Origin: the human T2T-CHM13v2.0 reference genome, Homo sapiens | Length of the DNA stretch: 64,000 nucleotides | Reading direction: 5' to 3' (one strand) | Assembly: GCF_009914755.1 (NCBI RefSeq) | Contig: NC_060928.1 | Part shown: positions 45,621 to 59,017 of the stretch, piece after piece | Layout: every line of letters begins with the position of its first letter | Numbering within the stretch: position 1 is the stretch's first letter | The notes under the pieces: generated by a model | What the model was told of the DNA's origin: nothing | Databases searched by the model: none | Seen by the model: only the letters and a program-made list of their open reading frames with translations | Translations under genes and position numbers: made by a program

Positions 45621-48404
45621 TCAACCATCTTTAAGAATAAGCGTTTAAAACTGGCCAGTTCCTTTTGGTGGAGTGACAAAACCTGTAGTCACAGAGACAT
45701 TTGGAGCAGACGAAGGCTTGCATCTCGACCTCCATGCCTAGTTTTCTACTTGCCACTGACGGCAAGGAAACGACGGCCAAATCACAACCTCCTTATGTTT
45801 GGGTACTTTGCAGTCACTGCTTATAATAGAGTTCAGTCTCTTAAGAAAGTGTGAAATGAACATTGTCTTGAGTTTCTGCGAACGTCTCTGGTCCACTGGT
45901 GATCAATTTGTCCAAGTTTGCCTGGCTTTAGCACCAAAAATCTCACCTCTTGGGAACCCCAGTCCCAGGAAACCCTGGCAGTTGGTCACCTTGCCTCCCA
46001 GTCATCTGCTCTGAGAATCTTCATTTTAACAACTTGACTCATTAGTAATCTGGATTCCTTGTAATCTGAAAGTATTAAATTAGTCGAGAGTGTGTTTCTT
46101 TCCCTGCTCTTGCGAAGGCAGTCTAATGAGGATATGAGCTCTAGGCATCAGCTCCCCTGGAAAAAGGCGTAACATACCAAGGGTGACATACTTTTCAGGA
46201 ACCCTAGGTGAAACCTTGAAGGCTACTGCTAACATGTATGGATGCAGTAACACCTTTTTCCAGAATGCAGAAAAGCTAAGACTTGGGACCAGAGAAATTA
46301 TGGTAGAAAAATTGGAAAGCTCCTGACTTGTAGCTGAGTTGGGAAATGCTTGCAGAGGAATTCCTGGGAGAAACCGAATGATGTAAGGGTCCCCCATACC
46401 TGGAATTGATGTTCAGAAAAGGAAGAAACTCCACCAGATGGGGAGTGGGAAAGGTTGTATGTTCCAGTTTTTAGCTGAGTCTTATTTGGGATTATCACCA
46501 TTTCTGTGACTTTTGAACAGCTTTGACCTCCAGGACAGACCAAATGGACCCCTCTGATTTTCTCAGAATTGTAGTATTTATTTATGTCTATATCATATCT
46601 GCAGACATGTATTATGCAGGTTTCCTCTGCTGTGTTTCCTCAGCTGCAGTTTCATAATTTATTCTGCCAGGCTCAGCATGTCCTTGACATACCAAACCAT
46701 TAACTGAAAATCAGAAAAGTTCTGTGAGGTCGCTAAATTCTTTCTTCTGATGATCAGCCTGCACACTAGCTGAAAATAAAGCCACTGGGCTGGCAGACAA
46801 AAAATAATTGGCCTAAATGGTCACAGAAAAGTCTAAACAGAAGATTTTCTTTCCCTCTTCACTTGCAATGATTTATTTTCGCGGTTTTATGAGACTTTAA
46901 TGAGGAAACCTTATCTGTACGCCTGGTAATTATCAACCAAATTTCCATTTCCTGCCAGAAAATCCACAATAAGCAGAACAAAAACGGTGGAATCGGGAGA
47001 CTGTTTGGCCTCTGACCTGTATGGCTGGGGAGTAACTCATTGCCACACAGAGCATGTGACTAGCAAGCATGTCTGTGACTTCTCTTGTACACTTTTGCTT
47101 AAACTAAATTGCCACATTCAATTTAGTATAACTCAGTACACGTAGACTCAGACGCCATGAAGCATCCCGGACACTGTCCCATGAGGTGGCATTTGGGCAA
47201 GAGAAAGTACAACTTCCCTCTTCATAATTTAATATAATTTCTAGTCTCATCCAGTTCCTTCTGTTGGGTGAATGAGGTCATACCTGACATGAGGGTCTGA
47301 CAAGAGGCCATGAACTTTGCATCTTGGAAAGTTGGGTTTTTCAACATAGATTGCAGCTCTTGCCTATGAGTGATGATGCTACAATTGGGGTCACTGAGGA
47401 AAGCTGCTGTGGGCACTGACTCCAGACTTAGCGGTGTGGATGTCCCAGAATCCTGAGATTCAGGTGGAGAGCTTGTCGATGCCATGGCACCGGTCTCTGG
47501 GACCTCTAGAACAGAAGGTACAAGAGGGGAGCTCAAATGAGCACGCCAGACAGATGGAGGCTGTGGGAGTTGAGAGTCTTTGTAGAATTGCAGGGTACTG
47601 CAGCACCCACAGCAGCCAGGAAGTCAGAACGCGTCTGAATCTTCTGTTCTAGTTTAGTTAACAAGGTGAGAATCCTTTTTTTTTTTTACACTTTTCTCTA
47701 GGTGTAAAATTTGTCATGCTCTGAAATAACCTACAAATTTATCTCTGCCTGTTCTGTCATTGAAAGAACTTTGCTCATGCTTTAATTGTGTCTTTATTGG
47801 CATTTGGGGGCCAGTGATGAAAAAAAACCTGAATAATAATGTAATGACTTATTTTAAATTAAAGAAATACTTCCCAAAAATATTTCTCAAGTCACCGCAG
47901 GTAACACTGGGTAGGTTTGTACCAGGTGCAAGTTCTACTCCAGGAGAAAATGAAATGGCCCAAATTTGCTCTTGCCCCCTCTACAGCAAGGAGTATGAAT
48001 TCCTTCACTCTGTCTCTGCGTCCATCCCCATCCTGCCCTTCCCCATGGGACATGGGTAGGAGTGAGACGCCGGGAGCTAGAGGCTACTATACAGCATGCA
48101 GTGGCCACAAGCTTTGGGCATTGCTTGGTTTTTATTATCTTTTCAGTTATTAATCAATGTATGTCCTTTGACTCCTTCTCTATATTGCAGGAGTGTTTAT
48201 ATTTGGCAGGCTTCCTGGACTAGTGAATGAGCTGGGCCAGGGCTGTCTGCTCTTCGTCTTTCTTGAGGGGCCATTACCATTAAGTCACCTGCTATGACAG
48301 CAGTGTAGAAGGGGCTCTTGGCACACCAATATCCTCCAGAAGGAGCACGCTCCAAGATCAAGGCGTTCTATCAGTTAAGACCCAGACGGTGTCCTGATCT
48401 GGAA

Positions 48405-48759
48405 CAGTGCTGTCTAATAGAAATATAATGAGAGTCACATAAGTAATTTTCGGTTTTCCAAAAATAGTGACATTTAGAAAAGGATCAGGAAGCAAGTGAA
48501 ATTAATTTAAATTTATTTTATTTAACACGACATGTCCAAAACATTATTGTTTCAACATGAATGAAATAAGACATGAAATATTTGAGACATATATGTATAT
48601 ATATACACACACACACGTATATGTATATATGTATATGGTATGAAGTCCTTGAAATCTGATGTGTATTTTATACACACATTAAATCTCAATTCTGACTAGC
48701 CACGTTTTAAATGCTTGATAGCCGCATGTGGCTAGTGGCTACTGTGTGAGACAGCATGG
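48405..48759. mobile_element. MER33/MER3-type hAT-Charlie MITE
   Basis: cagtgctgtctaatagaaatataatg...tggctagtggctactgtgtgagacagca; 8-bp TSD atctggaa/atctagaa. Confidence 0.85.
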
Positions 48760-49034
48760 ATCTAGAATGTTTATTTATTCCAACTAACTCCATAGCCTCA
48801 GTTGGTTGCCTTTTGTTGCCATGGGTATGTGAGTGACTGTACTTAGTCATGGTGGACACTTTGCCCCACAAAATTGTGCATTCCCTGCCGTCTGCTATTT
48901 TCTCTCCATTGTCTCATTCTGGACCAAAATTTAGAGCTAGAGTTAGAATTCTGGTAGTCCCAGCTCTTCTGTGCCTTCAGAGAATGATGTGACCGTTAGT
49001 TCACCACAAACCTTCAGAATGGAAAGTTTAGACT

Positions 49035-49200
49035 GCTGATTCCCAAAGTGTGGTAGGAGTAAGAATTCACTGATTAAAATGCAGATTCCTGGGCACACCT
49101 CCAGATGCACTGATGATAATTTCTGGAGATGAGGTCTGGGAATATGCCTTTTATCAACATCACCAGGTGATCTAATACACGTCAGAGTTTGAGAACACTA
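49035..49200. mobile_element. MER5-family fragment (another at ~56500-56650)
   Basis: aaaatgcagattcctggg...ccaggtgat...agtttgagaac. Confidence 0.75.
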
Positions 49201-49892
49201 GCATAGACCCTCCACTGAGGATGGTTTATCTAGGAACTTCGGGTTCTTTGTCACTCAGTCTTTGTTCAGCTTCCAGCGACAGACAGCCCCCGTTCTCCCC
49301 TTGGCAAGGCTGCTGCTCAGTCGCTGTCCCATATTTTATAATCACCTTGCTCACAGTCAGCCGCATGCAGAGACCTATATAACACCCAGCAACTGAGAAA
49401 CCGCTCTGCGGTGTATTTTTAAGACTGGAACTCTCCTTTTGAGCTTCTTCCCTCTATTTTTGTGTGTGCCAAGATAGCTCTGTATGGTGCAGCACCTGAA
49501 ACTTAGCCACCTTTCTGTCAAGGGCTTTTAGGATATTTATAAACACCTTCTCGTTAATCTTCATTGCACTCCTGTAAAATAAATAACAAGTGAGATTGCC
49601 TTCGTTTTGCAGGAGGGAAATCGAGGCATCAGATAGTTGACTTGTGAAGACACTTTGGGGGGCCAAAATAAGTGATTAAATCACTTTTCTTTTTGGCAGC
49701 CATGCCCGTGTGTGCCCCTTCCCTGACCACTAAACTCTTGTGGTCACTGAAACCCATGGGGAAGAACTTCTGATAAAAGCATTTTCCTGAAGATGCTGCA
49801 TGTGTCAGCATCTTGCCTCAGGTGACAAGATGGTTGTTTCCGGGCTATGCTGGAAGACTTGAGGCAGGAGGTGTGCTGTTCCATTTCATACT

Positions 49893-50320
49893 TGCTGTGG
49901 TTTGGATCTGGGTCCCTGCCCAAATCTCATGTTGAATTGTAATCCCCAGTGTTGGAGGTGGGGCCTGGTGGGAGGCAACTGGGTCATGGGGATGAGTGTC
50001 TCATGAATGGTTTGGCACCATCCCCCTTAGCACTGTCCTCAGGGCACTGAGTGAGTTCTTGTGAGATCTGGTTGTTGAAAAGTGTATGGCACCGTCCTCA
50101 CTCACTCTCTTGCCCCTGCTCTGGCTGTGTAATGTGTATGCTCTCCCTTCACCTCCTGCCATGATCGAAGGTTCCCTGAGGCCTCCTCTGAGGCCAAGCA
50201 GATGCCAGCATCATGCTTCCCATACACTCTGCAGAACCATGAGCCAATTCAACCTCTTTTCTTTATAAATTACCCAATCTCAGGTACTTCTTTATAGCAA
50301 GGTGAGAATAGGCTAACAGG
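49893..50320 (+). mobile_element. MSTB-like MaLR solo LTR
   Basis: tgctgtggtttggat...ctttataaattacccaatctcagg...; 5-bp TSD atact. Confidence 0.9.
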
Positions 50321-51235
50321 ATACTTCTTTGGGATACTGTGTCTTCTGGAAAGAAGTTATCTATAGCTCCCAAGTCCCTGCAGCCCAGTGATGAGCATTT
50401 GAAATGAAAGCGTGGAGGTCTTGTCCTTTCTCTCTATCTCTGCTTCCCAGCAGGGCTGACAGAGCATTTCTCACTCAGGGCCATGGCAGCCACAGGGAGG
50501 GCATCGAGTCTCACACGGGGATGCTGGGCTGTCGTTTCTTAATGTAGTCCAAAGCCATTGCTGCCTGTAGACTTGAGGAATCTTTCTGTCAAGAGAGAGG
50601 AGTGTGTGCAGAGCGACCCCAGAGAAGGATGCCTTTCAGCAATGTTTGAATTGCTGTGTTTTGTTTGGCTGCTGGATGATCCTTTTTCAAAACATATACT
50701 TTAATGCAGGTATTTTATATGTGTGTTTTCATACTATAATTTCCTTCTCTGTCTTTTTGTTTTAAAGCTCTTCTTTTTTAATTGTAGGTTCATTTTGATC
50801 GTAAGTTCATTATAGAAATTTGTAAAATACAGAAGGTATAATGGTGAAAATTAAAATTACCTACAGTCTTACCATCCACAGAGATAACCACTACTATTTT
50901 GGTGTGTTTTCTTTAGTTTTTTCCTTGCTTTTTAAAAAACATATTTGACATGACCAATATGACTAAAAACCAGCTTTTTCTTCTAGAAACCTTGGTTCAT
51001 TTCTTGGACAGTGATGTTTATTCACAGACCTGGTGTTTGAGAATGTCAATGGGTATGTAATTGTTTCTAGGTCTTTTTGGTGAAGACAGCTAGAAAATAG
51101 ATATTTAAATATAAAATCTCCATGAGTTTTTACTCTTATTCTTTTACTTTTTTACTTAACCTCTTCTATTTTATATCTGCATCTCCTTTCTTTCACACTG
51201 AGAAGTCTGGTTCTCAATGACACAGGAATGATATA

Positions 51236-51610
51236 TGTATTAGTCCATTCTCATGCTGCTGATAAAGACATACCCGAGACTGGGTAGTTTATAAAGCAGA
51301 AGAAGTTTAATGGACTCGCAGTTCCATGTGGCTGGGGAGGCCTCACAATCATGGCAGAAGGCAAAAGGCATGTCCTACATGGTGGCAGACAAGAGAGGAT
51401 TGAGACCCAATTCTCTCAATTGGGTTTCAATTGAGAGAATTGAAAGGGGTTTCCCCTTATAAAACCATCAGATCTCATGAACATGAGAACAGAATGGGGA
51501 AAACTGCCCCCTCATTCAATTATCTCCCACTGGGTCCCTCCCACAACACATGGAATTATGGGAGCTACAATTCAAGATGAAATGGGTGAGGACACAGCCA
51601 AACCATATTA
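51236..51610 (-). mobile_element. THE1B/C solo LTR inserted in old L1M
   Basis: tgtattagtccattctcatgctgctgataaagacatacccgagactggg...gacacagccaaaccatatta; TSD atata. Confidence 0.9.
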
Positions 51611-52308
51611 ATATAATTAGAATATTCCATATTAATTCATATGCTTTATTCTATATTACTTATACAATCATCTCAGAATAACAGTACAAATACTCCCATC
51701 ACAAATGTGATTACTGAAAACAGTGTTTTTACTACATATATTTTCCCTATTTATCCTTCCCCCATTTTAAAATGATTGTACTATGTCTACACTGTCAAGA
51801 CACAACCACTGCATGATGTATGCTCACCTCTGTTCTGTGTGGACTGTACGTTTACTGTTCATTACCAGAACTCATATCAATGTTTCTCTGGTCATTTTTA
51901 TTGTCTGAATCTTGTTCTCTAGTAGATTCTTCAGAAAGGATCCATGAGGACAATATTTTCTAAATTCTTTCATGTTGATACCAGTATGTACCTTTTATTC
52001 TTGAGAAAATCCATTTTGCTGGTTATAAAATTCTTGGTTCACATTTTCTTTCCATTAGTATCTCAAACATGTTAGTCCATTTTCTTCTGCCATAAAGCAT
52101 TGTGTTTGAAAAGACTTTTCATTATAAATTGCTTCCTGTTTTTGCTTAGATGCCCAAAAAAGATTTTTCCTTGTCTTAAATTCAAGTCTAGTTTGGTTTT
52201 GGTATTTGTGGTTCTGGTTGATATTCACAGGTATGTGGCATGTTCTTTTAGTGTGTAGTCTCAGGTTTTTTCTTTTTAATTTCAGGAAAGTTTTCTTGCT
52301 TTGTTGGC

Positions 52309-53085
52309 TTCCCAGCTCATTTTCTTGTACTAACAATATTTGAGGATCATCTGGATAGATGGAGAAAATAAAGAAGCCTATGGTGCTAGTAAATTCACTG
52401 GATTGGGGCTGTCCACTCTAGTTAACAACCTTACTGATGCCCAAGACTATATTGTCTTTCATGAACTTGTAAAAATTGATGTGAAGCCATCAGATAAAGA
52501 TGTGCATGAAGAAGACATAGAGAACAGAGGATTTGAATACCCACACCTTCCAGCACCACAGATTAATGATTGCTTTCCCAAATATACCTGTTCCTGTCCC
52601 AGTGGGTACAATCTAAAGGAAAATGGCAGAGAGTGTCAAAGGATCACTGTGACCACTCTGGTATCAAAAGTCAGTGTTCCTCCAAAGGAGACTTCTCCTG
52701 TCTGGGTCATCCTTCCTCTTTTGCTCTAAGCAATGGCAGCAGTAGGTGGATACTTGAGTGGCAGAACTGGCAACACAAGAACATAAAAGGTGTGATCTTT
52801 GACAATCCTGTGTACTTGAAAACCATGGAAGAGGACCTCTTAATGGACATGGGTAGACATGGTGCTTCTGGTGGATGCACGTGCCCAGTAATACCGGTCA
52901 TAAGCACAGATGATGACTCAGCTTGACTTCTAAGACCAACTTAGAAGTCTCGACTTCTGAGGTCCACATCAATAATTCCCTACTTTGGAAGGGTAACAAA
53001 GCCAGAAGATGAGGCCGTTTCTTCCTCCAGCCTGGAGGAACCTCACGATATCTCTGTTGTGGATAAAGCTTGTGTATTTGACCCT
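52309..53085 (+). pseudogene. VLDLR: 5'-truncated processed pseudogene of VLDLR (end of YWTD propeller, EGF repeat, TM, cytoplasmic tail, start of 3' UTR)
   Basis: Translations [58 protein letters not shown] and NWQHKN...[13 protein letters not shown]...STDDD.A* match VLDLR. Intronless, with frameshifts near 52350 and 52757 and an in-frame TAA at 52727. Confidence 0.93.
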
Positions 53086-53207
53086 TGCTGTGGTTTGAGT
53101 TTGTCCCCATCAAAACTCATGTTAAAATTTGGCCCCCAGTGTAGCGGTGTTGGGAGGTGGGGCCTAGTGGGAGGTGTTTGGGTCATGGGGTGCAATCCTC
53201 ATGAATG
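53086..53207 (+). mobile_element. MST-family LTR 5' fragment abutting the pseudogene
   Basis: tgctgtggtttgagtttgtcccc..caaaactcatgtt...ggcctagtgggaggtgtttgggtcatgggg. Confidence 0.85.
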
Positions 53208-54210
53208 CTTTCAACTCCTTCCTTCTTCACAGACACTGACATGATGCAGGCCTTATAGCTATTGGTAGCTTGACCCCATCTACTTGTATCTTGGGGTTCT
53301 TGGGGATACTTTGTCACTCAGTTTTGTTATAAATGTCTGTCTGGTTGATTTTGTTGTTCAATATTTTTAATATGGGGATTCAGGGAGATTTAAAAAAAAC
53401 AGTCTCTGCTGCCATTATTACCTTCCCAGAATCTCTTTCAACTTTATTTCTTTTTAATTAAAAATGAGCATAATGAGCCTGGGGCTCTGTCTCCACCAGG
53501 CACATCCCCCGCCTTGCACAGCTCTCAGTTGATAGCAGGTTGCTCTTCCTCTGGTGCTCAGAGCTGCATTTCCACAGATACTATCTCAGTGCCCACCCAT
53601 AAGCCACCATTTCTTTTCCATATCCTTAAAGCAGATCACAGCCGTAATGAGCTACCCACACACATTCTCCAGGGGATCTCTAAAGGTGCCAATTGTTATT
53701 TTTGTCAATGCTTTGATTATAAAATTGCACAGGTTTTGAGACACTTATTTTAACCTCATTTTTTCCATAAACCCTATGACATTTAGTAACACAGCTTTAC
53801 AGAAGGTGAAAATTTTCAGTAAAACATATCTCATGTTATTACAGAAACAGATGCATGTATTCATGTATGACACATATGAAAGAGCACTTGAAATCATTAA
53901 AGATAAATGTATAGAAAACTACATGAGTGAATAAAACAGGACAGTTGCTAACCCAGGAAAAAACACATGGTATTAAGAAAAGAAATAATCACTGCAAAGT
54001 GAACAATGTTGACATAATCATAATATTTGAAACACTGATTATCACTCTAAGTACAACTTGTGAAATAATCACAGTGAGAGGAAAAGATGAGTGCAGCGGG
54101 CACTAGGCGTCAATAGATGCTGTCCAAAAATGTAAGAAATAATGTCATAAACATATTGATTACAGACAAAACATGGAGATATATACCAGAAGAAAAACAA
54201 AAACTGCTAA

Positions 54211-54558
<348 letters not shown>

Positions 54559-54997
54559 TTGATTTCTAAAATATGTACATGCACTATTTCGTTGTTAATA
54601 ATTTGGGAAAAAAACATTTTAAAAACCATGCTGAATACAAGGTTATGTACTTTTCAAGGTTCTTATATTAAGTGCCAAATTGTTCTCAGAAAGGATACAT
54701 TAATTTAACATTGTTGAGATCATGTATCACCTCTGATGTGTCATTCCATGTGGATGGAATTCCATCAGGGCAACACGCCTGACAGCTCCCTGCTGCAATT
54801 TGAAAAGAACCTTTGCCAATTTCATGGACAAAATTAGCATCTTATTTATTTACAATTTTGATTACACTTGAAGTTATGTGATTTTAAAAATGTATATAAA
54901 CTATTTGTATATAGTAATCTATGTTCTTTACTCATTTATTTACTGAGATATTAATCATTTTCTTTTTGATTCATAAGAGTTTTTTAAAGATTAAGGA

Positions 54998-55247
54998 GGT
55001 TGAGCATGGTGACTCATGCCTGTAGTCCCAGCACTTTGGGAGGTTGAGGCAGGCAGATTGCTCATGCCCAGGAGCTGGAGACCAGCCTGGGCAGTGTGGC
55101 GAAACCCTGTCTCTACAAAAAATACAAAAATTAGCTGGGTGTGGTGGCGTGAGTCTGTAGTCCCGGCTACCCAGGAGCTTGAAGTTCCAATGAGCTGTGA
55201 TTGTACCATTGCACTCCAGCCTGAATGACAGAGCAAGACCCTGTCTC

Positions 55248-55278
<31 letters not shown>

Positions 55279-55290
55279 AGAAAGAAATGG
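54998..55290 (+). mobile_element. AluJ/S with right-arm deletion
   Basis: TSD aaagattaagga (54986, 55291). Confidence 0.9.
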
Positions 55291-56865
55291 AAAGATTAAG
55301 GAAATTGACCATTTATTATATTTACTATAAATTTTTCCACTTTGCTCTTTTCTTGTTTAAGAATCAATTCAACTTAAATTTGCTTAATTTTTGACACACA
55401 GAAGTTCAGAATTTTTATACTTCTTTTTGTGGTTGCTGTCATTATTTCTCAAGATTTAAAAGTTCATCTTCTCTCTCCCACCACCCATACTGGCATCCAA
55501 AGTTTTGATGAAAAGCATTTTATTACCACACTTGACTTGGATAGCTGCCTTTTGCTGGGATAAGGACATTCTGCATTTGCAGGGGAGAAAATAGACAATA
55601 CTTCTGTCCGCCATCATGGGCATGCCTATGTGAATGAGCTCCAGAACCTCTAGAAGTGATTCAGAGAAGAGCCTCATCAACCCTCACACTGGCTGTCCTG
55701 TGGCTCTGCTGGCCCTTCCCAGTCTTTGAGAATCCCAGCAGTGGCAGCTCTGTTATGTGTTATTGGTGCTGAGCCGGCCCTGAGAGCTGCTTTCAGCATG
55801 GCCTTTCCCTACAAAGTAAGGGGTCTGACCCTGCATGACCTAAAAGCCCTTCATTAAGTATTTGCTTAGGACATTTTATTGACTCTAAATAGCTCTCTCA
55901 ACATTAAGTTGTCTGGTCCCTGCTGGACTTACTATGATCTGTGTTAATTTGTTTGCTAGATTGAATTTTCTTAGCTCAAGCTGATGAATAAAATAGGTGA
56001 GACAGTTTTCCCCAAAGACAAATAAAATCTCATCAGCCACAGAATTTTATATCTTGTGGCTCAGAAGAAGGCCTGCTGCCTCTCTAACTACACTCCCCCA
56101 AATATTGTGTTCTGGCTACGCCAATGAGCTGTTTCTTGTTTTGCCAGTAGATACTTCTGATCAGGACTATTGCAAACGGTCCACAGCATGGCTCCAAGTG
56201 AGTTGTGATTCACTCTAAGGAGTGTTTTCATCTTCAGTGTGGTTTGTTTCAAAGCCGAAGCCATTTTCTAGCCCTTTTTTGGTTACATTGGTATTAAAAG
56301 TACTAAAGAACTTGTAGCATGCTGCATTAGATGTGTTTATGCAACATAGCAGAACACAATTAATTTCCCAATCTGCACAAATTCTAATATTAAAATTATG
56401 TAAAGCGTAAATGCTCCCTTTGGATTCTTAAAAGGGCCTAATATCTACTAATATTTTTCTTCTTTTATTAAATTTTTTCCTGTTTTTCATTCCTGGTTGA
56501 ACATTATAATCACGTGGGAATTTTTGTTAAATATCAGCACTTGGCCCCCTCTAGGCCTTCTGAATCGGAATCTGCAGGGTGGAGCCTGGACCTCAGTACT
56601 TACAGGTAATGTCCTCCAGTAATTTTGGACAGCCAAGTTTGAGAACTAGTGACTCTAGTTCAAAAATTTTAATTCATTATGACTATCATACAATACCCAT
56701 AGAGAGACAGCAATCCTCCTTAGGAGTGTATAGAGGCCATCTGATGGGAGCTTTGGGGTCATCTGAAAATAGCATGTGGGACCACTGGGGGACAGCTTGG
56801 TGGGGGATATGCCGAGGGTATGTCTGAAGCTGTTCGCAAAGCAAGCCTCCTGTTTGGACTTATTT

Positions 56866-57081
56866 GTATCAGTCCATTTATGCTGCTATAACAAAATACC
56901 TTAGACTGGGTAATTGATAAATAAGAGAAATGTATTGCTCACAATTCCGGAGGCTGGGAAGTCCAAGACAGAGGCATCAGCAGAGTCAGTGTCTGCAGAG
57001 AGCCTGTTCCTCATAGATGGAGACTTCTTTGTGTCCTCATATGGCAGAAGAGGGTGAGGGCGCTTGTTCAAGGCTTTCTTA
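56866..57081 (-). mobile_element. Truncated MST/MLT1A LTR
   Basis: tgtatcagtccattt..gctgctataacaaaatacc..agactggg...ggaggctgggaagtccaaga. Confidence 0.85.
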
Positions 57082-58586
57082 CGATGCAGGAGAGACCCTA
57101 CATCACCCTCGTGATGCAGGGTACCACCTCGTCATCATAAGGAAGAGACCTCCTCGTCTCCTTTTCTCTGGACCTGCGCCGCTGCCCTGTCTGCCACTCT
57201 TCCACATCTGTGGGAGTGCAGGAGGTGCTTGGAGCACCCCCTCCTTCAAAGACAGGGTGGAGGCTCAGCTCCCTGCGCGTCTGCTGACATCACCCTGGGG
57301 CCAGACGTTCTAACCAGCAGAACGTCAGGGGAGAGAGGAGAGGTGGAAACAAGGTTATTTCCACTTCCCGATGCTGCTGAAAGGTAATAAAAGGCAAATC
57401 TGACTCTGAAGATGTGAGAAGGAAGGAGATGCTGAGTGGGATTCTTCCTCCTCCATATGCTAAGTCTTGGGTGTTCAGGACTCAGCTCCTTTCTGTTGTC
57501 TCTTCTAAGGTGTAGGAAAAATGACAGTACAAGTGTGTACCAGAGTTTAGTTGAAAAGTTGAACTAAGTATGGTAAAGACAGAGCTCATTCATCTTTTCT
57601 TCTCTCTGCCCGTGGCTCCACTCCCTTTAGTATATGCCTGAAGAGGGAGGCTGCTGGAACGTCAGAAAGAAACCCCTGCCCTCTGGATTTCATGTCATGC
57701 AGCCTGTCACTTCTCCAGTTCTGCTACTCTCTGCAAAACATTTTCTGCATCCAACTTCTCCAACCCATCCCTGCTCTGAGGAGCACTGTCCAAATTTAGG
57801 TGATCTTCTGACCAGAGCATCCTAACCTGTTTTGCTTTATTTACTTATTCAATCATTCATTCATTTATTCAACAGACAAGTATCAACTATTTTGTGGCAG
57901 CCTTTGTTGGGTGTTGAAGGAGACCCCCCCAAATGAAAAGATACTATCTCAGTGTTTGTTTTGTTTACAGAATAAACTTGAAAACAAACGGTTACAATAT
58001 AGTGTGAGTTGTTTTGTGATAAGCAAGACAATAGCAAGAACCTGAAAGCGCACCAGCATTACAGAACATCTAAGATCCGAAGGATAAACGTTTGCTAGAC
58101 AGAGTGGGCAGGACATCTGGACACAAGGCCAGCGCAAGAGAGTTGAGAATGGCACAGCCAGGGGCTCATCTGTGAAACTTGTCAGGGAGCATGGAGAGAT
58201 ATAGGGGAAGCCAAGCCCCAGAAATGAGTTGGAGGCAGAATTTGGAATTTCAGTTTATAGGAATGAGAGAGATAAAGGTGGCTTTGAAGCAGGTCAGCAA
58301 CCTGCCGTTGCTGAGAGACAATTCTACAGGCAAGGCAAAGAGCCGACTGCAGCGGTACGTCCAATGGCCAAGAGTGAGGTCCTGAAGGAGGCAGCAGGTG
58401 AGGAGACCAGCAGGAACACGGGTCACTGAGCTTCCTGTTACCAGCCCCTCTGCGTGAAAGCAGGTTCCTTCTTTCATTGCATTACTCCTGTTTTCCCTGA
58501 AATGCTCTCTATTCATTGCCTGTTGCAACAGGAACATTTTGTCCCATAGACATGAAAATTCAATTTGCTCAGAAATGCAAGAATGT

Positions 58587-58895
58587 GGCCTGGCGCGGTG
58601 ATTCACATCTGTAATCCCAGCCCTTTGTGAGGCCGAGACGGGTGGATCGCCTGATGTCAGGAGTTCAAGACCAGCCTAGCCAACATGGTGAAACCCCGTC
58701 TCTACTAAAATTACAAAAATTAGCCAGCCGTGGTGGCAGGCACCTGTAATCTCAGCTACTTGGGAGGCTGCCATAAGAGAATCGCTTGAACCCACAGGCG
58801 GAGGTTGCAGTGAGCCGAGACTGTACCATAGCACTACAGCCTGGGGAACAAGAGCAAAACTCCATCTCAAAAAAAGACAAAAATCAAAACAAAAA
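58587..58895 (+). mobile_element. AluS
   Basis: Full sense Alu. Confidence 0.95.
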
Positions 58896-59017
58896 TGGAA
58901 GAATGCAATGATAGTGTAAGTTCTTTGAGGACAGTAACCATATTTTTCTCTTCTGTGTATCCCCAGAATACAGTACAGTAACTGATGTGAAGGAGGAATT
59001 CCATAGATTTTTGATGA

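Noticed and set aside
46430-46447. CTCF-like ccaccagatggggag
   Set aside because: Mismatches the 3' GGCGC/GGCAG part of the motif; needs a PWM or ChIP data.
52340-52729. 129-aa ORF as a secreted VLDLR fragment
   Set aside because: Non-ATG start, no signal peptide, several EGF cysteines lost, premature stop.
52570-52926. 118-aa ORF ending in an intact VLDLR tail with FDNPVY (possible adaptor decoy)
   Set aside because: It starts at TTG with no ATG before the NPxY motif. The N-terminal part is out-of-frame pseudogene and no promoter is evident.
54753-54766. 14-bp palindrome gatggaattccatc
   Set aside because: 7-bp arms are expected by chance in 64 kb.
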